A stretch of DNA of 57,344 nt from Anaerolineaceae bacterium (GTDB lineage: Bacteria > Chloroflexota > Anaerolineae > Anaerolineales > Anaerolineaceae), in the NCBI GenBank assembly GCA_036825755.1, contig DAISXR010000004.1, positions 1-57,344 on the forward strand, given 5' to 3'. The position numbers and the translations under genes are program-made. Under the pieces are notes generated by a model. The model saw only the letters and a program-made list of their open reading frames with translations. It ran no database searches and was not told the origin of the DNA. Within the stretch, counting starts at the first letter, position 1. The number at the start of each line of letters is the position of its first letter. This document shows, in pieces, positions 16,462 to 26,379 of the stretch.

Positions 16462-17430
16462 ATGAAACGAATAGGGGTATTAACCAGTGGGGGAGATGCG
16501 CCCGGTATGAACGCCGCGGTAAGAGCTGTGGTCCGTACGGGTATTCATTATGGCCTGAATGTGTTTGGCATTCAACAGGGATACGAGGGATTGCTCAATG
16601 GTAAGCTGCTCCCGTTGGGAACGCGGGATGTGGGCGGAATCCTGCAACGCGGAGGGACCATTTTGGGCAGCGCCCGCTGCGAAGAATTCAAGACCGAGCA
16701 GGGTCGTCAGAAAGCCATGCGGATATTGAACCAGTTCGAGATTGACGGGCTGGTGATCATCGGCGGGAATGGATCGCAAAAGGGTTCGTATGCCTTGAGC
16801 CAGATGGGCCTTCCCGTAGCAGGAGTAGCCTCTACCATCGATAACGATCTGTACGGGGCGGATATCACCATCGGGGTCGATACGGCGCTCAATATCGCGC
16901 TGGAGGCCATTGACCGCCTGAAAACAACCGCTTCATCGCACCAGCGGGCATTTCTGGTGGAAGTGATGGGGCGAGAGCATGGTTACCTGGCTTTGATGGC
17001 CGGCATATCCGGCGGGGCTGAAGCGGTGGTACTGCCTGAAGTGGAAACCGACCCGGAAGAAATTGGCGATGTGATCAAGAGCGCCTACGAACGTGGGAAG
17101 GGGCACGCATTAGTCGTGGTGGCAGAAGGTGCAACCTACAATGCAACCCGTTTGATGGATTACTTTAAAGAACATGAAGAGCGGCTGGGTTTCAGCTTGC
17201 GCAGCACCATATTAGGGCATGTCCAGCGGGGCGGCAACCCGGGCGCTTATGACCGGATTCTGGCCACCCGCCTGGGCGCGGCAGCCGTTGAAAACCTGGT
17301 TAACCACAATTACGGCATGCTGTCGGCCATGCGAAAAGGCGAAATATCCACCTGTCCGCTGGAAGAGGTGGTATCCAACAAGCAGACAATCGATCTGGAT
17401 TTGTTCAGGTTGGCCAAGATTTTGGATTAG
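16462..17430 (+). CDS. pfkA: ATP-dependent 6-phosphofructokinase
   Basis: MKRIGVLTSGGDAPGMNAA, GGNGS, TIDNDL, MGR, LGHVQRGG. Confidence 0.93.
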   Translation: MKRIGVLTSGGDAPGMNAAVRAVVRTGIHYGLNVFGIQQGYEGLLNGKLLPLGTRDVGGILQRGGTILGSARCEEFKTEQGRQKAMRILNQFEIDGLVIIGGNGSQKGSYALSQMGLPVAGVASTIDNDLYGADITIGVDTALNIALEAIDRLKTTASSHQRAFLVEVMGREHGYLALMAGISGGAEAVVLPEVETDPEEIGDVIKSAYERGKGHALVVVAEGATYNATRLMDYFKEHEERLGFSLRSTILGHVQRGGNPGAYDRILATRLGAAAVENLVNHNYGMLSAMRKGEISTCPLEEVVSNKQTIDLDLFRLAKILD

Positions 17431-17458
17431 CTTAACAAGATCTTGCCGGGTAAGCCTT

Positions 17459-18652
17459 TCAAGGCTGGAGCGGATATCCTGCGCCACAAAAAGTGAGAGC
17501 CAATTCACAGAGCGCTTTCACACCGTTGGGCAGGATTTTTGGATTGAAAACGTAGTTTGGCGCGTGGATGGGCACTACCGGTTTACCGGGCAGGTCGTTT
17601 CCGATGTACAGAAACAGGCCCGGTACATGCTGCAGGAACAATGAGAATTCTTCACAACCCAGGCCGGCGTCATATCGATCTGTGACGCATTCTTCGCCAA
17701 GTGCTAACCGCAGAACTCCATCTGCGAAGTGCGCCAGTTTTGCATCATTCACCAGAGGCGGCATCACTCTGCGGTAATCCAGATGGAAAGTTGCCCGGGC
17801 AGCACGGGTGACCCCATCGGCAATTTGCTGGATGCGTTGCTCAATAAATGATCGTACAACCTCATCAAACGTGCGCACCGTACCATACAGTGTGACTTTC
17901 TCGGAGATGATGTTTTCAGCCGTTCCGCCTTCTATTTTGCCAATCGATATCGCGGCACGGATGGAGGGATCGATTTCTCGGCTGATGATTTTTTGCAAAG
18001 CCAGAACCAGCTCAGCCGCCACCGGAATGGGATCGACTGCCAGATGCGGCCAGGCTCCATGGCCCGGCTTCCCGAGAACTTCCAACGCAAACAGATCACT
18101 GGAGGCCATCACAGGACCGGCTTTAACCGATATGACGCCCTGCTCGAGGGCGTGAAAATTGTGCAAATGGATGATGGCATCCACCGTGGGATTGGTAAGC
18201 ACACCCGACCGTATCATGGCATCGGCGCCGCCGGTATCCTCTTCCGATGGCTGAAAAATGAACTTGATATTTCCATGGATCTCATCGCGATGCCGCGCCA
18301 GGAGCTTCGCAGAGCCAAGCGTCATGGTCATGTTACCATCATGACCGCACGCATGCATCACTCCCGGGTTTTGCGAGCTGTAAGGCAAACCGCTTTGTTC
18401 CTGCACCGGAAGCGCATCCAGGCAGGCTCGGATGGCCAGGGTTGGGCCGGGGTGTGTGCCGTATAAAAGCCCCACCACACCGGTGCCGCCGATTCCGGTC
18501 TGAATATCCATGCCCTGATCTGCCAGGTAACCGGCGCACTTTTTAGCGGTACGGAATTCACAAAAACCCAATTCCGGGTGGAGGTGAAAATCATACAGCA
18601 AATCGACGAGCTCTTGCTGAATACCTGAGATTTCGTCATCCAGTTTGGTCAT
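17459..18652 (-). CDS. M20D family amidohydrolase (N-acyl-L-amino acid amidohydrolase / hippurate hydrolase-like)
   Basis: HPELGFxE, MHACGHD and FQPSEE motifs; 397 aa. Confidence 0.88.
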   Translation of the reverse strand: MTKLDDEISGIQQELVDLLYDFHLHPELGFCEFRTAKKCAGYLADQGMDIQTGIGGTGVVGLLYGTHPGPTLAIRACLDALPVQEQSGLPYSSQNPGVMHACGHDGNMTMTLGSAKLLARHRDEIHGNIKFIFQPSEEDTGGADAMIRSGVLTNPTVDAIIHLHNFHALEQGVISVKAGPVMASSDLFALEVLGKPGHGAWPHLAVDPIPVAAELVLALQKIISREIDPSIRAAISIGKIEGGTAENIISEKVTLYGTVRTFDEVVRSFIEQRIQQIADGVTRAARATFHLDYRRVMPPLVNDAKLAHFADGVLRLALGEECVTDRYDAGLGCEEFSLFLQHVPGLFLYIGNDLPGKPVVPIHAPNYVFNPKILPNGVKALCELALTFCGAGYPLQP

Positions 18653-18721
18653 AGCTACCTTCGCGATAAATGATCTAAAAGGGATGGGTTATTCAATGTC
18701 CATGAACAAGCGCGATATATT

Positions 18722-19802
18722 TTAGTTTGCTTTCAAATAGGCCTGGATGAATCCGTTCAGGTCACCATCCAGCACAGCCTGAGTGTTGCCCATCTCATAC
18801 TCGGTGCGGTGATCTTTGACCATCTGATAGGGGTGTAGCACATAAGAGCGGATCTGGCTGCCCCATTCGGCTTTGGTGAATTCACCTTTGATTTCCGCGA
18901 TTTCCTCGCTTTGCTTGATTTTTTCCATTTCAAGCAGGCGGGAGCGCAGCACACGCATGGCATTTTCGCGGTTCTGCACCTGAGATCGCTCGTTCTGGCA
19001 GGTGACGATCAGCCCGGTAGGAATATGGAGTATGCGTATAGCAGTAGCGTTTTTCTGCACATTCTGGCCGCCGGCGCCGGAACTGCGGAACACATCGATC
19101 CGTAAATCGTCGGGATTGATTTTTACCTCTGCATCCTGTGAGGTGACTTCCGGCAGGACTTCCACCAGGGCGAAGGAGGTGTGCCGGCGGTGGCTGGAAT
19201 CAAACGGTGAGAGACGCACCAGGCGGTGCACGCCTTTTTCCGCGCGCAGGTATCCGTATGCATATTTACCATCCACCGCAATGGTGACGCTTTTGATGCC
19301 GGCTTCCTCGCCTTCGGTCTGGTCAAGGATATCGGTGGAGAAGTGGTTTTGTTCCGCCCAGCGCAGGTACATACGCATGAGCATTTGCGCCCAATCCTGC
19401 GAATCGGTGCCGCCGGCTCCGGCATGGATGGCCAGCAGCGCATTTCCACGATCATACTTGCCGGATAACAGCACATCCATCTCAAGCTGGTTGAGCTGTT
19501 TCTCGATCTTTTCCAATTCACCGGTCAGTTCAGGGCGCAGGCTTTCATCCTCAAATTCGGCCAGTTCGAGCGCGCCTTCAATGGTACGGCCCAAATCACC
19601 CCAAAGCTTGATTTCATCTTTCAATTCGGACAGACGTTTCATCACCGTCTGAGCGTTGTTGTAATCATCCCACAGATCGGTGGCTTCTGATTTTTCCTGG
19701 AGTTCCTGCAGTTCTTTCTCTTTGACAGGTAAGTCAAAGATGCCTCTGTAGTTCGCTGAATGTATGCTGGCAAGCGGTTAGTCTGGAGATAATATCCTGC
19801 AT
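18722..19802 (-). CDS. prfB: Peptide chain release factor 2, with programmed +1 frameshift
   Basis: Frame 0 runs from ATG 19802 through ...CAG AGG CAT CTT TGA (stop at 19736-19734). Shifting +1 on CTT_T gives GAC at 19735 and continues DLPVKEKELQELQEKSEATDLWDD...SPF...GGQNVQK. The coordinates are complement(join(18722..19735,19737..19802)), about 359 aa. Confidence 0.92.
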
Positions 19803-19812
19803 GAAACAATCC

Positions 19813-20727
19813 TTATCGTTGAGAGATGAGACCGTCGACAAATTTGCTGCGGTCAAAGACTTCAAGATCTTCGGGTTTTTCACCCAATCCCGCGTACATG
19901 ATCGGGATCGCCATCTCTTCCTGAATAGCAAAGGCCATCCCGCCGCGGGCTGAAGAATCCAGTTTGGAGAGGATAATGCCGTTGATATTGACGGCATCCC
20001 TGAAAGAGCGAGCCTGTATCAACGCATTTTGACCGGTAGTGGCATCCAGAACCAGTAAAACAGAATGCGGTGAGCCGGGCAGCGCTTTTCCGCAAACGCG
20101 ATAAACCTTTTTCAGTTCTTCCATCAGGTTGGATCGGGTATGCAAACGTCCGGCGGTATCGATGATGGCCAGGTCGATTTTCCGAGAGAGGGCAGATTGA
20201 ATGGTGTCATACGCCACCGCGCCCGGATCACTGTTAGGCTGCCCGGCGATCACGGGTATGTTCAACCGATCGCCCCAAACCTGCAACTGGTCGACGGCTG
20301 CTGCCCGGAAGGTGTCGGCCGCTCCAAAGATCACCTTTTTTCCCTGTTTCTGATAAATCTGAGCAAGTTTGGCAGCAGTGGTGGTTTTACCGGATCCATT
20401 AACCCCCACCAGCATCAGTACAGCGGGTTTGTTGACAAACAGATCCAACGTGGGAGCCTGATCCAAACGATTGATCAGTTCGGTATGAATGTATTCCTGC
20501 AGTTCGGCGGATCGGGTAAGTCCTTCATCGCGGACAATTTTCTGCAGGGACGCCATAATCGATTGGGTGGTCTTCATCCCCACATCAGCCTGGATAAGGA
20601 TCGTTTCCAGTTCGTCCCAGGTATCTTCATCGATCTCGGTGGCGCCAAAGATGGAGGCAATACGGCCAAATGCGGCTTTGCGGGTGCGGTCGAGCCCCTG
20701 TTTCCATTTGCTGAAAAAGTCTGACAT
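19813..20727 (-). CDS. ftsY: Signal recognition particle receptor FtsY
   Basis: NG domain with GVNGSGKTTT, DTAGR and SKLD motifs. The likely start is MSDFFSKWKQG (ATG 20727); the track ORF starts at 20766. Confidence 0.92.
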   Translation of the reverse strand: MSDFFSKWKQGLDRTRKAAFGRIASIFGATEIDEDTWDELETILIQADVGMKTTQSIMASLQKIVRDEGLTRSAELQEYIHTELINRLDQAPTLDLFVNKPAVLMLVGVNGSGKTTTAAKLAQIYQKQGKKVIFGAADTFRAAAVDQLQVWGDRLNIPVIAGQPNSDPGAVAYDTIQSALSRKIDLAIIDTAGRLHTRSNLMEELKKVYRVCGKALPGSPHSVLLVLDATTGQNALIQARSFRDAVNINGIILSKLDSSARGGMAFAIQEEMAIPIMYAGLGEKPEDLEVFDRSKFVDGLISQR

Positions 20728-20775
20728 AGGCGGGATTATAACATGCGGGAAGTCAATAAAAGCCAAATCCTGACG

Positions 20776-21828
20776 TCACTCACTGCGCCGTTTACCGGCA
20801 AGCTGACCACAGCCCGCCTGGATATCGACCCCACGTCGCAGACGCACGGAACAGGATAAACCGGCTTCATCCAGAATGGATTTGAACGCCAGCACCCGTT
20901 CAGGAGAGGATCCCTTCATCGCGGAACCGGGCGTGGGGTTGAGCGGGATCAGGTTGACGTGAGCGATCATGTGTCGGGTCAATTTGATCAGTTCCTCTGC
21001 ATCTTTTGCTGTATCGTTTTTCCCTTCGATTAAAGCCCATTCGAAGGTAATACGTCGTTTGGTGGTTTCTGTGTAATAACGGCAGGCATCCATCAAATGC
21101 AGGAGCGGATATTTACGATTGATGGGCATCATAGCGGACCGTAGTTCGTCATTGGCAGCATGCAGGCTGACCGCCAGGTTGATCTGGCGTTTTTCCTCGG
21201 TGAAACGGCGGATACCGGGTACGATGCCGGCGGTGGATATGGTGAAGCGCCGTTCGCCCAGACCCATCCCGGCGGGGTCATTGAGACGGTCGATGGCCGC
21301 CAGTACGTTTTCATAATTCAGGAAGGGTTCGCCCATGCCCATGACCACAATATTGGTCAACGCTTTACCCGCCTCATCCAGCAATCTGACGTGCTGGACC
21401 ACCTGTTGGACAATTTCACCGCTGGTGAGATTGCGCTGAAATCCCAACTGTCCGGTAGCACAGAACAGACAGTCCAGCGCGCAGCCAACCTGTGAAGAGA
21501 TACAGATGCTCTGCCTTTCACGGTAGCCCATCAGGATTGTTTCGATGTGTTTGCCGTCGCTAAGCCGGAACAGCGTTTTCCGGGTTTGTCCGTCTGTAGA
21601 CTGCTGTTCATCGACCGGCTCAAGTGTATCGATCTGAAAACGGTCATCCAGCTTCTGTCGCAGCGCTTTGGACAGGCTGCTGAACTGCTCAAAACGGGAA
21701 TAACCGTGACGGTAAAGACCTTCCCAGATCTGTACAGCCCGGAACGAGCCTTCTCCCATCTCTTTCAGGGAGGCTTTCAATTGATCCATTGTCAGATCGA
21801 AAATGGGCAGTTTTTCCTGAGCGTTCAC
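20776..21828 (-). CDS. rlmN: 23S rRNA/tRNA A2503 C2-methyltransferase RlmN (radical SAM)
   Basis: The CALDCLFCATG motif (CxxxCxxC) and GMGEPFLN are present. The C-terminal Cys motif (AGCGQL) matches the RlmN/Cfr family. Confidence 0.93.
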   Translation of the reverse strand: MNAQEKLPIFDLTMDQLKASLKEMGEGSFRAVQIWEGLYRHGYSRFEQFSSLSKALRQKLDDRFQIDTLEPVDEQQSTDGQTRKTLFRLSDGKHIETILMGYRERQSICISSQVGCALDCLFCATGQLGFQRNLTSGEIVQQVVQHVRLLDEAGKALTNIVVMGMGEPFLNYENVLAAIDRLNDPAGMGLGERRFTISTAGIVPGIRRFTEEKRQINLAVSLHAANDELRSAMMPINRKYPLLHLMDACRYYTETTKRRITFEWALIEGKNDTAKDAEELIKLTRHMIAHVNLIPLNPTPGSAMKGSSPERVLAFKSILDEAGLSCSVRLRRGVDIQAGCGQLAGKRRSE

Positions 21829-21845
21829 GTGCCTGCGCTTCTTTC

Positions 21846-22637
21846 TTATCCAAACAACTCTCTGACCAGGTGTTCGAGGTCATCGCTGATGTAATCAATT
21901 TTTGGCTGCCAGCGTTCGGCTTCTTCGCGGGTGGTGACACCCGAAAGAACCAGCGCGGTCTGACAGCCGGCTGATTGCCCGGAGAGGATATCGGTCTCCA
22001 GACGGTCGCCCACCACCAGCGTGGACGCCGGTTCCGCGCCGATTTGCTGCATGACGGTGTACATCATGGCCGGTGAGGGTTTACCCGCCAGAATGGCTTT
22101 TACGTCGGTGGCGGTTTCAATGGCAGCCTGGATGGTACCCGCGCCGGGTCCCAGACCTTTGGTTGTGGGAAAGGTACGGTCGGGATTGGTCATGTAAAAA
22201 TCGAGACCGGAGCGGATCAGATAGGTGACTTTGCCCAATTTCTCAAAATTGAACTCGCGATCCAGACCACACACCACTGCCTGAACATCCTCTTGCTGGT
22301 GGTAGAAACCCATTTCACGCAGAGGTTTTTGCAGGCCTTCCTCACCCAGGATGAAGAGAGGACCGCCGTGCGGGAAGCGGGATTTGAGCAGGTGAGCCAT
22401 CGCAACCGATGAAGTGAAAATGCAGCTTTCAGGCACTTCGGCTCCGATTTCGGCCAGTTTTTGAACATACTGCCCCGCGGTTTTTGTGGAATTGTTGGTG
22501 GCCAGCGCGTATTTTAGATTGAGTTCACGAAAACGGTTGAATACCCACGCAATATCGCCAATGGGAGAAAAACTTCTCCAAATCACGCCGTCCATATCAA
22601 GGATGAGTGTATCAATGGATCTGTTCAGGTCTGCCAT
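21846..22637 (-). CDS. HAD-IIA family hydrolase (NagD/sugar-phosphatase-like)
   Basis: LILDMDGVIW (motif I), ATNNS and VGDRLETDI. I set the start at ATG 22637 because the longer track ORF would overlap the clpP 3' end. Confidence 0.85.
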   Translation of the reverse strand: MADLNRSIDTLILDMDGVIWRSFSPIGDIAWVFNRFRELNLKYALATNNSTKTAGQYVQKLAEIGAEVPESCIFTSSVAMAHLLKSRFPHGGPLFILGEEGLQKPLREMGFYHQQEDVQAVVCGLDREFNFEKLGKVTYLIRSGLDFYMTNPDRTFPTTKGLGPGAGTIQAAIETATDVKAILAGKPSPAMMYTVMQQIGAEPASTLVVGDRLETDILSGQSAGCQTALVLSGVTTREEAERWQPKIDYISDDLEHLVRELFG

Positions 22638-22698
22638 AATTTCTGATGAAAAAGCCGGATAGCGATGCCATCCGGCTTTCTTTCCTTTCGTTGGGTGA

Positions 22699-23313
22699 TC
22701 AGGGCACCAGGATCTTGTTTTGTTCAAGCACCTGGTCGATCAGGCCGTAATCTGCCGCGGCCTGGGCATCCAGATAGTGGTCACGCTCGGTGTCTTTTTC
22801 GATCTCCGCGGCTGTTTTGCCGGTGTGGAATGCCAGAATTTCGTTCAGTCTGGCTTTCAGGCGAAGGATTTCACGCGCCTGGATCTCGATATCGGAGGCC
22901 TGACCTTCTGCACCGCCAAGCGGCTGGTGCATGTGAATGGTGGCGTGCGGGAGCGCGTAGCGGCGCCCCTTGGTGCCGGCCGTCAACAACACGGTGCCAA
23001 AGGAAGCGGCTGCCCCGACGGCATAGGTGCTGATGGGGTTGGGGATCATCTGCATGGTGTCATAGATGGCCAGACCCGCATATACAGCTCCACCCGGAGA
23101 GTTGATGTACATCTGGATCTCTTTTTCCGGATCTTCGCGGTTGAGGAACAGCAGTTGAGCCACGATTAAATTCGCGACCTGGTTATCAATGGGCGTACCC
23201 AGGAAGATAATCCTCTCTTTCAGCAGGAGAGAATAAATATCATAAGCACGTTCTCCGCGTCCCGAGGTCTCGATGACCATCGGGATAACGGATTGAATGT
23301 TCGATAAAGTCAT
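22699..23313 (-). CDS. clpP: ATP-dependent Clp protease proteolytic subunit
   Basis: [19 protein letters not shown], a GAAASFG active-site Ser context, and MHQP. ATG 23313 is preceded by AAAGGGGA; the track start is 23331. Confidence 0.95.
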   Translation of the reverse strand: MTLSNIQSVIPMVIETSGRGERAYDIYSLLLKERIIFLGTPIDNQVANLIVAQLLFLNREDPEKEIQMYINSPGGAVYAGLAIYDTMQMIPNPISTYAVGAAASFGTVLLTAGTKGRRYALPHATIHMHQPLGGAEGQASDIEIQAREILRLKARLNEILAFHTGKTAAEIEKDTERDHYLDAQAAADYGLIDQVLEQNKILVP

Positions 23314-23354
23314 GTCAATTTCCCCTTTCATTGAACATTATCTGTGAACACGGG

Positions 23355-24854
23355 TTAAGCATTCGGATCGGCAGGTTCCTGGGTCTCAGGTTCAGCCGGT
23401 TCTTCGCTCTTAACAGTCTCTTTTTTGGTGGTTTTTCTGGCCTTCTTTACTTTGGGGGCAGGTACTTCAGCGGCAGATTCGGGTTCAGCATGTTCTGCGG
23501 GAGCTTCAGTGTACTCGCCTTTGGCAATCAGAGCCAGACGATCCTGAATTTTCTGATTCAGAATGCGGGAAGCGGTGTCATAAGAGACCATGCTGGTCAG
23601 CTTGCGCATATCCTGATTGGAGGTCGGTTTCTTGAAACCAGGCGTATTGAAGAGCTGCGCCATGGTGTTGGTGACGCCTTCCTCAAGTTCTTTTTCCTGA
23701 ATTTCAATCCCTTCAGTGCGGGCTGCTTCATCCAGAACCAACGAGCGCTCCAGACGTTTCACGGCAACCGGTTTGATCTCGTCTTCGATGAATTTCTCGC
23801 GCTCCAAACCGCGGTACTTCAGATAGGTCTGCATATCCAGATTCTGGTTGCCAAGGTCCTGCTCGAGGGTGGAGAGAACACGTTCCACTTCTTCTTCCAG
23901 GGTGTTGGCAGCGTATTTGATCTCAGACATCTCAACTAACTGATCCACCACTTTGGTGACGTAATCCTGGGTGTACTCGTCCTTGCGGGCATGTCCCAGA
24001 TTTTCAAAGATGGCGTCGCGAAGTTCCTGCATGGTTTTGTAATCACCCACAGAAGCGGCGAAGGCATCGTCCATCTCGGGGTAATTCATTTCTTTTACAT
24101 TTTCCACGATGACGTGGAATTCGATTTCTTTGTTGGCAAAGCGTGAAAGAACGGCATCCTCACCATACTGGTGGGTGATGGTTTTGGTCTCGTCCTTTGA
24201 CATGCCAACCAGTTCCTTCCAGAACTCGGCATATGGCCAGCCTCGTTCCTCGGGGGTCTCTTCCAGAGTAACCTGGCGGCTCATCTCTTTGACAATGTCG
24301 GCGTCCTCGCCTTCGGCAGGGTTGACCAGTGTACCTCTAATTTTGATGGCAACCAGATCGCTTTCTTTGGCAGGGCGTTCCACCGGTACCGCGGTGGCAT
24401 ATCCACTGCGGATGTTCTTGAGCACTTCATCCACATCCTTATCCTGTATCGGCTCGAGGTTGTAGTCGACGCGGATGGATTTATAGTCGCCCAGTTTGAT
24501 TTCGGGCATCAAAGGAACAGTGAACTCGAAAATGGGCGGGTTCTTGCTCGATACCTTGTCCAGCGCACCAGGGCCGGAGGGTTTGATCTCGGCTTCATCC
24601 AGGACTTTTGGATATACATCGTCCAGCATCAATTCGATTGCCTGCTGTTCGATGACTTCATCACCGAAATTACGCCGAATGATTTCATAGGGCGCCTTAC
24701 CCGGGCGGAAGCCAGGAATCTTCTGTTCGCGGGCGATACGGCGAGCGGCCTGTCGTTTGAAGTTTTCGAGCATGTCAGCGTCAAATTCGGCAACGACTTT
24801 TACCTGGTGGTTATCAAGATACTGCTTTTCGATTTTCAATGTCTTATTCCTCAA
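23355..24854 (-). CDS. tig: Trigger factor, with a C-terminal K/E/P/A-rich extension
   Basis: N-terminal ribosome-binding region (GFRPGKAP), a PPIase-like middle domain and a C-terminal arm domain. An alternative TTG start at 24839 lies 7 nt after GAGGA. Confidence 0.9.
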   Translation of the reverse strand: MRNKTLKIEKQYLDNHQVKVVAEFDADMLENFKRQAARRIAREQKIPGFRPGKAPYEIIRRNFGDEVIEQQAIELMLDDVYPKVLDEAEIKPSGPGALDKVSSKNPPIFEFTVPLMPEIKLGDYKSIRVDYNLEPIQDKDVDEVLKNIRSGYATAVPVERPAKESDLVAIKIRGTLVNPAEGEDADIVKEMSRQVTLEETPEERGWPYAEFWKELVGMSKDETKTITHQYGEDAVLSRFANKEIEFHVIVENVKEMNYPEMDDAFAASVGDYKTMQELRDAIFENLGHARKDEYTQDYVTKVVDQLVEMSEIKYAANTLEEEVERVLSTLEQDLGNQNLDMQTYLKYRGLEREKFIEDEIKPVAVKRLERSLVLDEAARTEGIEIQEKELEEGVTNTMAQLFNTPGFKKPTSNQDMRKLTSMVSYDTASRILNQKIQDRLALIAKGEYTEAPAEHAEPESAAEVPAPKVKKARKTTKKETVKSEEPAEPETQEPADPNA

Positions 24855-24870
24855 TACTCAATTTTCACGA

Positions 24871-24902
24871 TGGGGAAGAAGGGACTCGAACCCTCACGAC
24901 TT
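24871..24902 (-). repeat. tRNA 3'-end-like fragment, copy A (T-arm plus acceptor 3' strand; no 5' half)
   Basis: The reverse complement is AAGTCGTGAGGG TTCGAGT CCCTT CTTCCCC A. The T stem-loop is well formed, but no complementary GGGGAAG and no D or anticodon arm occurs within 100 nt. Confidence 0.5.
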
Positions 24903-25375
24903 GTGGTTTCACGCAACCTGTCTCTGAAAAAAGCCGTTCCCATGCCTTCCACACGTAAAAAGCGTGCCAAATCTGCAACCTTTTTGGCCGCTTTCGGCCT
25001 AAAATTATACCATACGACCCATATTCTACATGTAGATAATTAGAATTGCATCAGATTAATGAAACAACTGTTGTTTGATTGGTACAGGTATGGGACAAAT
25101 ATTGTATTGCTAACAAGGAATAGAATCCTGCTTAAAACGGGAGATCAGCCTGTTTGACACGATATTTCAACTAATCCAGTCAAATCATTGATTTGATTTG
25201 AAGCATATATTCTTTTGCAAATTAACAAAAGTTCATCGTTTACGATTTGGCAGCTAAGGCGCCAGGGGACCGAGCACATCTTTTACACAGAAGAGGTCCC
25301 AAGAAAGTACTTACCATTGCCTGTTAATTGTGGATTTTGCCTGATGACCGTTTCTATATTTTACAGCGGGGTAGA

Positions 25376-25405
25376 AAAATAGCCCCACTCTGTAGGGGCT
25401 ATTTT
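25376..25405 (-). terminator. Bidirectional rho-independent terminator downstream of the deacetylase gene
   Basis: aaaatagcccc, an 8-nt loop, ggggctatttt. T-runs are present on both strands. Confidence 0.6.
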
Positions 25406-25427
25406 CAATTTATCTGTAATTTTCTGT

Positions 25428-25457
25428 TGGCAAAAAGAGACTCGTACCCTCGGAACT
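25428..25457 (-). repeat. Degenerate third copy of the tRNA 3'-end-like sequence (copy C)
   Basis: tggcaaaaagagactcgtaccctcggaact compared with copy A tggggaagaagggactcgaaccctcacgact. The core actcgNaccctc is conserved and the orientation is the same. Confidence 0.3.
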
Positions 25458-25510
25458 ATCGCCTCCTGCGATCAAGGTATGGAATCAATGTTCAATTCCT
25501 GCGTCTAATA

Positions 25511-26353
25511 TCAATCAACTAAATCCTGATCTACACGCTCGATGATTTCGAGAAGTTCTTTTGAAGGATCCGATCCATATTCGCTGATCTCGAATAATCT
25601 CACAAAACGAATTTTTGCAGCAATTTCTTTCCCGTATTTTTCCACCAGGCGTGATTCAACTCTGGCACGAGCAGATTTTGCGCCATTGAAGAATCTTTCA
25701 GAAAGATCAGCGACCTGTTTTTCTCTGGGCCAGGTAATCTTTTCGGTATGGTGCGGCCAATACATCCAATCGAAATACTGACATTCATGACAACAAGCCA
25801 ACGATACAGTACGCTGTACATCGTTTTCTGATAGGGGAACGATCAGATCAGGATGGAAAGGCTGTGGGCGGGTAAATCCGTCGCCCCAATACAGAATTGT
25901 TGGGGTATCTTCCAGATAGGGTGTATCTTTGCATATGTGAGGGACCGTCAATAAAAACGATGCATCCTGTACCAATTGCGCGGTACTGCGGTGATCTGCA
26001 TGGTAATCACAAAGGCGATTCGTAATGATCAGATCCGGTTTAAAGTCGCGGATATAACGAATTAACTCTTCGCGAATAGTTAAGGTAGGTTCAAGCTGTC
26101 CATCGGGATGATTGAGTACATCGTATCGCCCACCGAACAACAAACCACTTTTTTCTGCTTCTTTTCGCCGAATCGCAGCAAGAGCTTCACGAGTCATATC
26201 AGGATGATATGTACCGGCGCTGCCATCTGTTACAGAAAGAAGGCGGATTTCCCAGTTTGAGTCCCGTAATTTCCATAAAAGGCCACCTGCACTGGTATCT
26301 GCATCATCCGGGTGTGCTCCGATGCTTAATGCTCTATATTGTTTATTTGCCAT
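25511..26353 (-). CDS. PIG-L/LmbE family N-acetylglucosaminyl deacetylase
   Basis: LSIGAHPDDADTSAGG (AHPDD motif) and HxDH further downstream. It is the last gene of the ABC/ROK operon. Confidence 0.85.
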   Translation of the reverse strand: MANKQYRALSIGAHPDDADTSAGGLLWKLRDSNWEIRLLSVTDGSAGTYHPDMTREALAAIRRKEAEKSGLLFGGRYDVLNHPDGQLEPTLTIREELIRYIRDFKPDLIITNRLCDYHADHRSTAQLVQDASFLLTVPHICKDTPYLEDTPTILYWGDGFTRPQPFHPDLIVPLSENDVQRTVSLACCHECQYFDWMYWPHHTEKITWPREKQVADLSERFFNGAKSARARVESRLVEKYGKEIAAKIRFVRLFEISEYGSDPSKELLEIIERVDQDLVD

Positions 26354-26379
26354 GATCTATCATTTACCTTTCCAGTGAA

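Noticed and set aside
19002-20773. Plus-strand ORFs opposite prfB and ftsY (19002..19652, 20140..20724, 20489..20773), and the 19734..19997 minus ORF.
   Set aside because: The plus-strand ORFs are antisense shadows of well-supported genes. The 19734..19997 ORF is mostly out-of-frame overlap with the ftsY 3' end, and only its last 22 codons (from ATG 19802) are real, as the prfB frame-0 leader.
22638-22727. Extended N-terminus of the HAD-IIA hydrolase (track start 22727). Similar long starts were seen for the GTPase (11729), ftsY (20766), Ldh_2 (16344) and gltX (8683).
   Set aside because: The upstream extensions overlap neighbouring genes or terminators and lack an SD. Internal ATGs with good SD spacing give N-termini that match the family norms.
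23331-23939. A 202-aa plus-strand ORF opposite the 3' part of tig. Similar shadows occur at 24109..24465, 50621..51205, 49583..50035 and 48725..49201.
   Set aside because: All are antisense to strongly supported genes, with repetitive Phe/Gly/Leu- or Arg-rich translations and no start context.
24871-24960. Tried to fold copy A (and copy B at 34236-34330) as complete minus-strand tRNAs, including type II with a long variable arm.
   Set aside because: The T-arm and the acceptor 3' strand are good, but there is no complementary 5' acceptor strand (GGGGAAG), D-arm or anticodon stem within 100 nt. I therefore called them fragments, not tRNA genes.
25180-25196. A 17-bp perfect palindrome, TCAAATCA-T-TGATTTGA, in the AT-rich spacer upstream of tig.
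   Set aside because: Short AT-only palindromes are expected by chance in AT-rich DNA, and no gene start or matching second site is nearby. I noted it but do not claim it as an operator.
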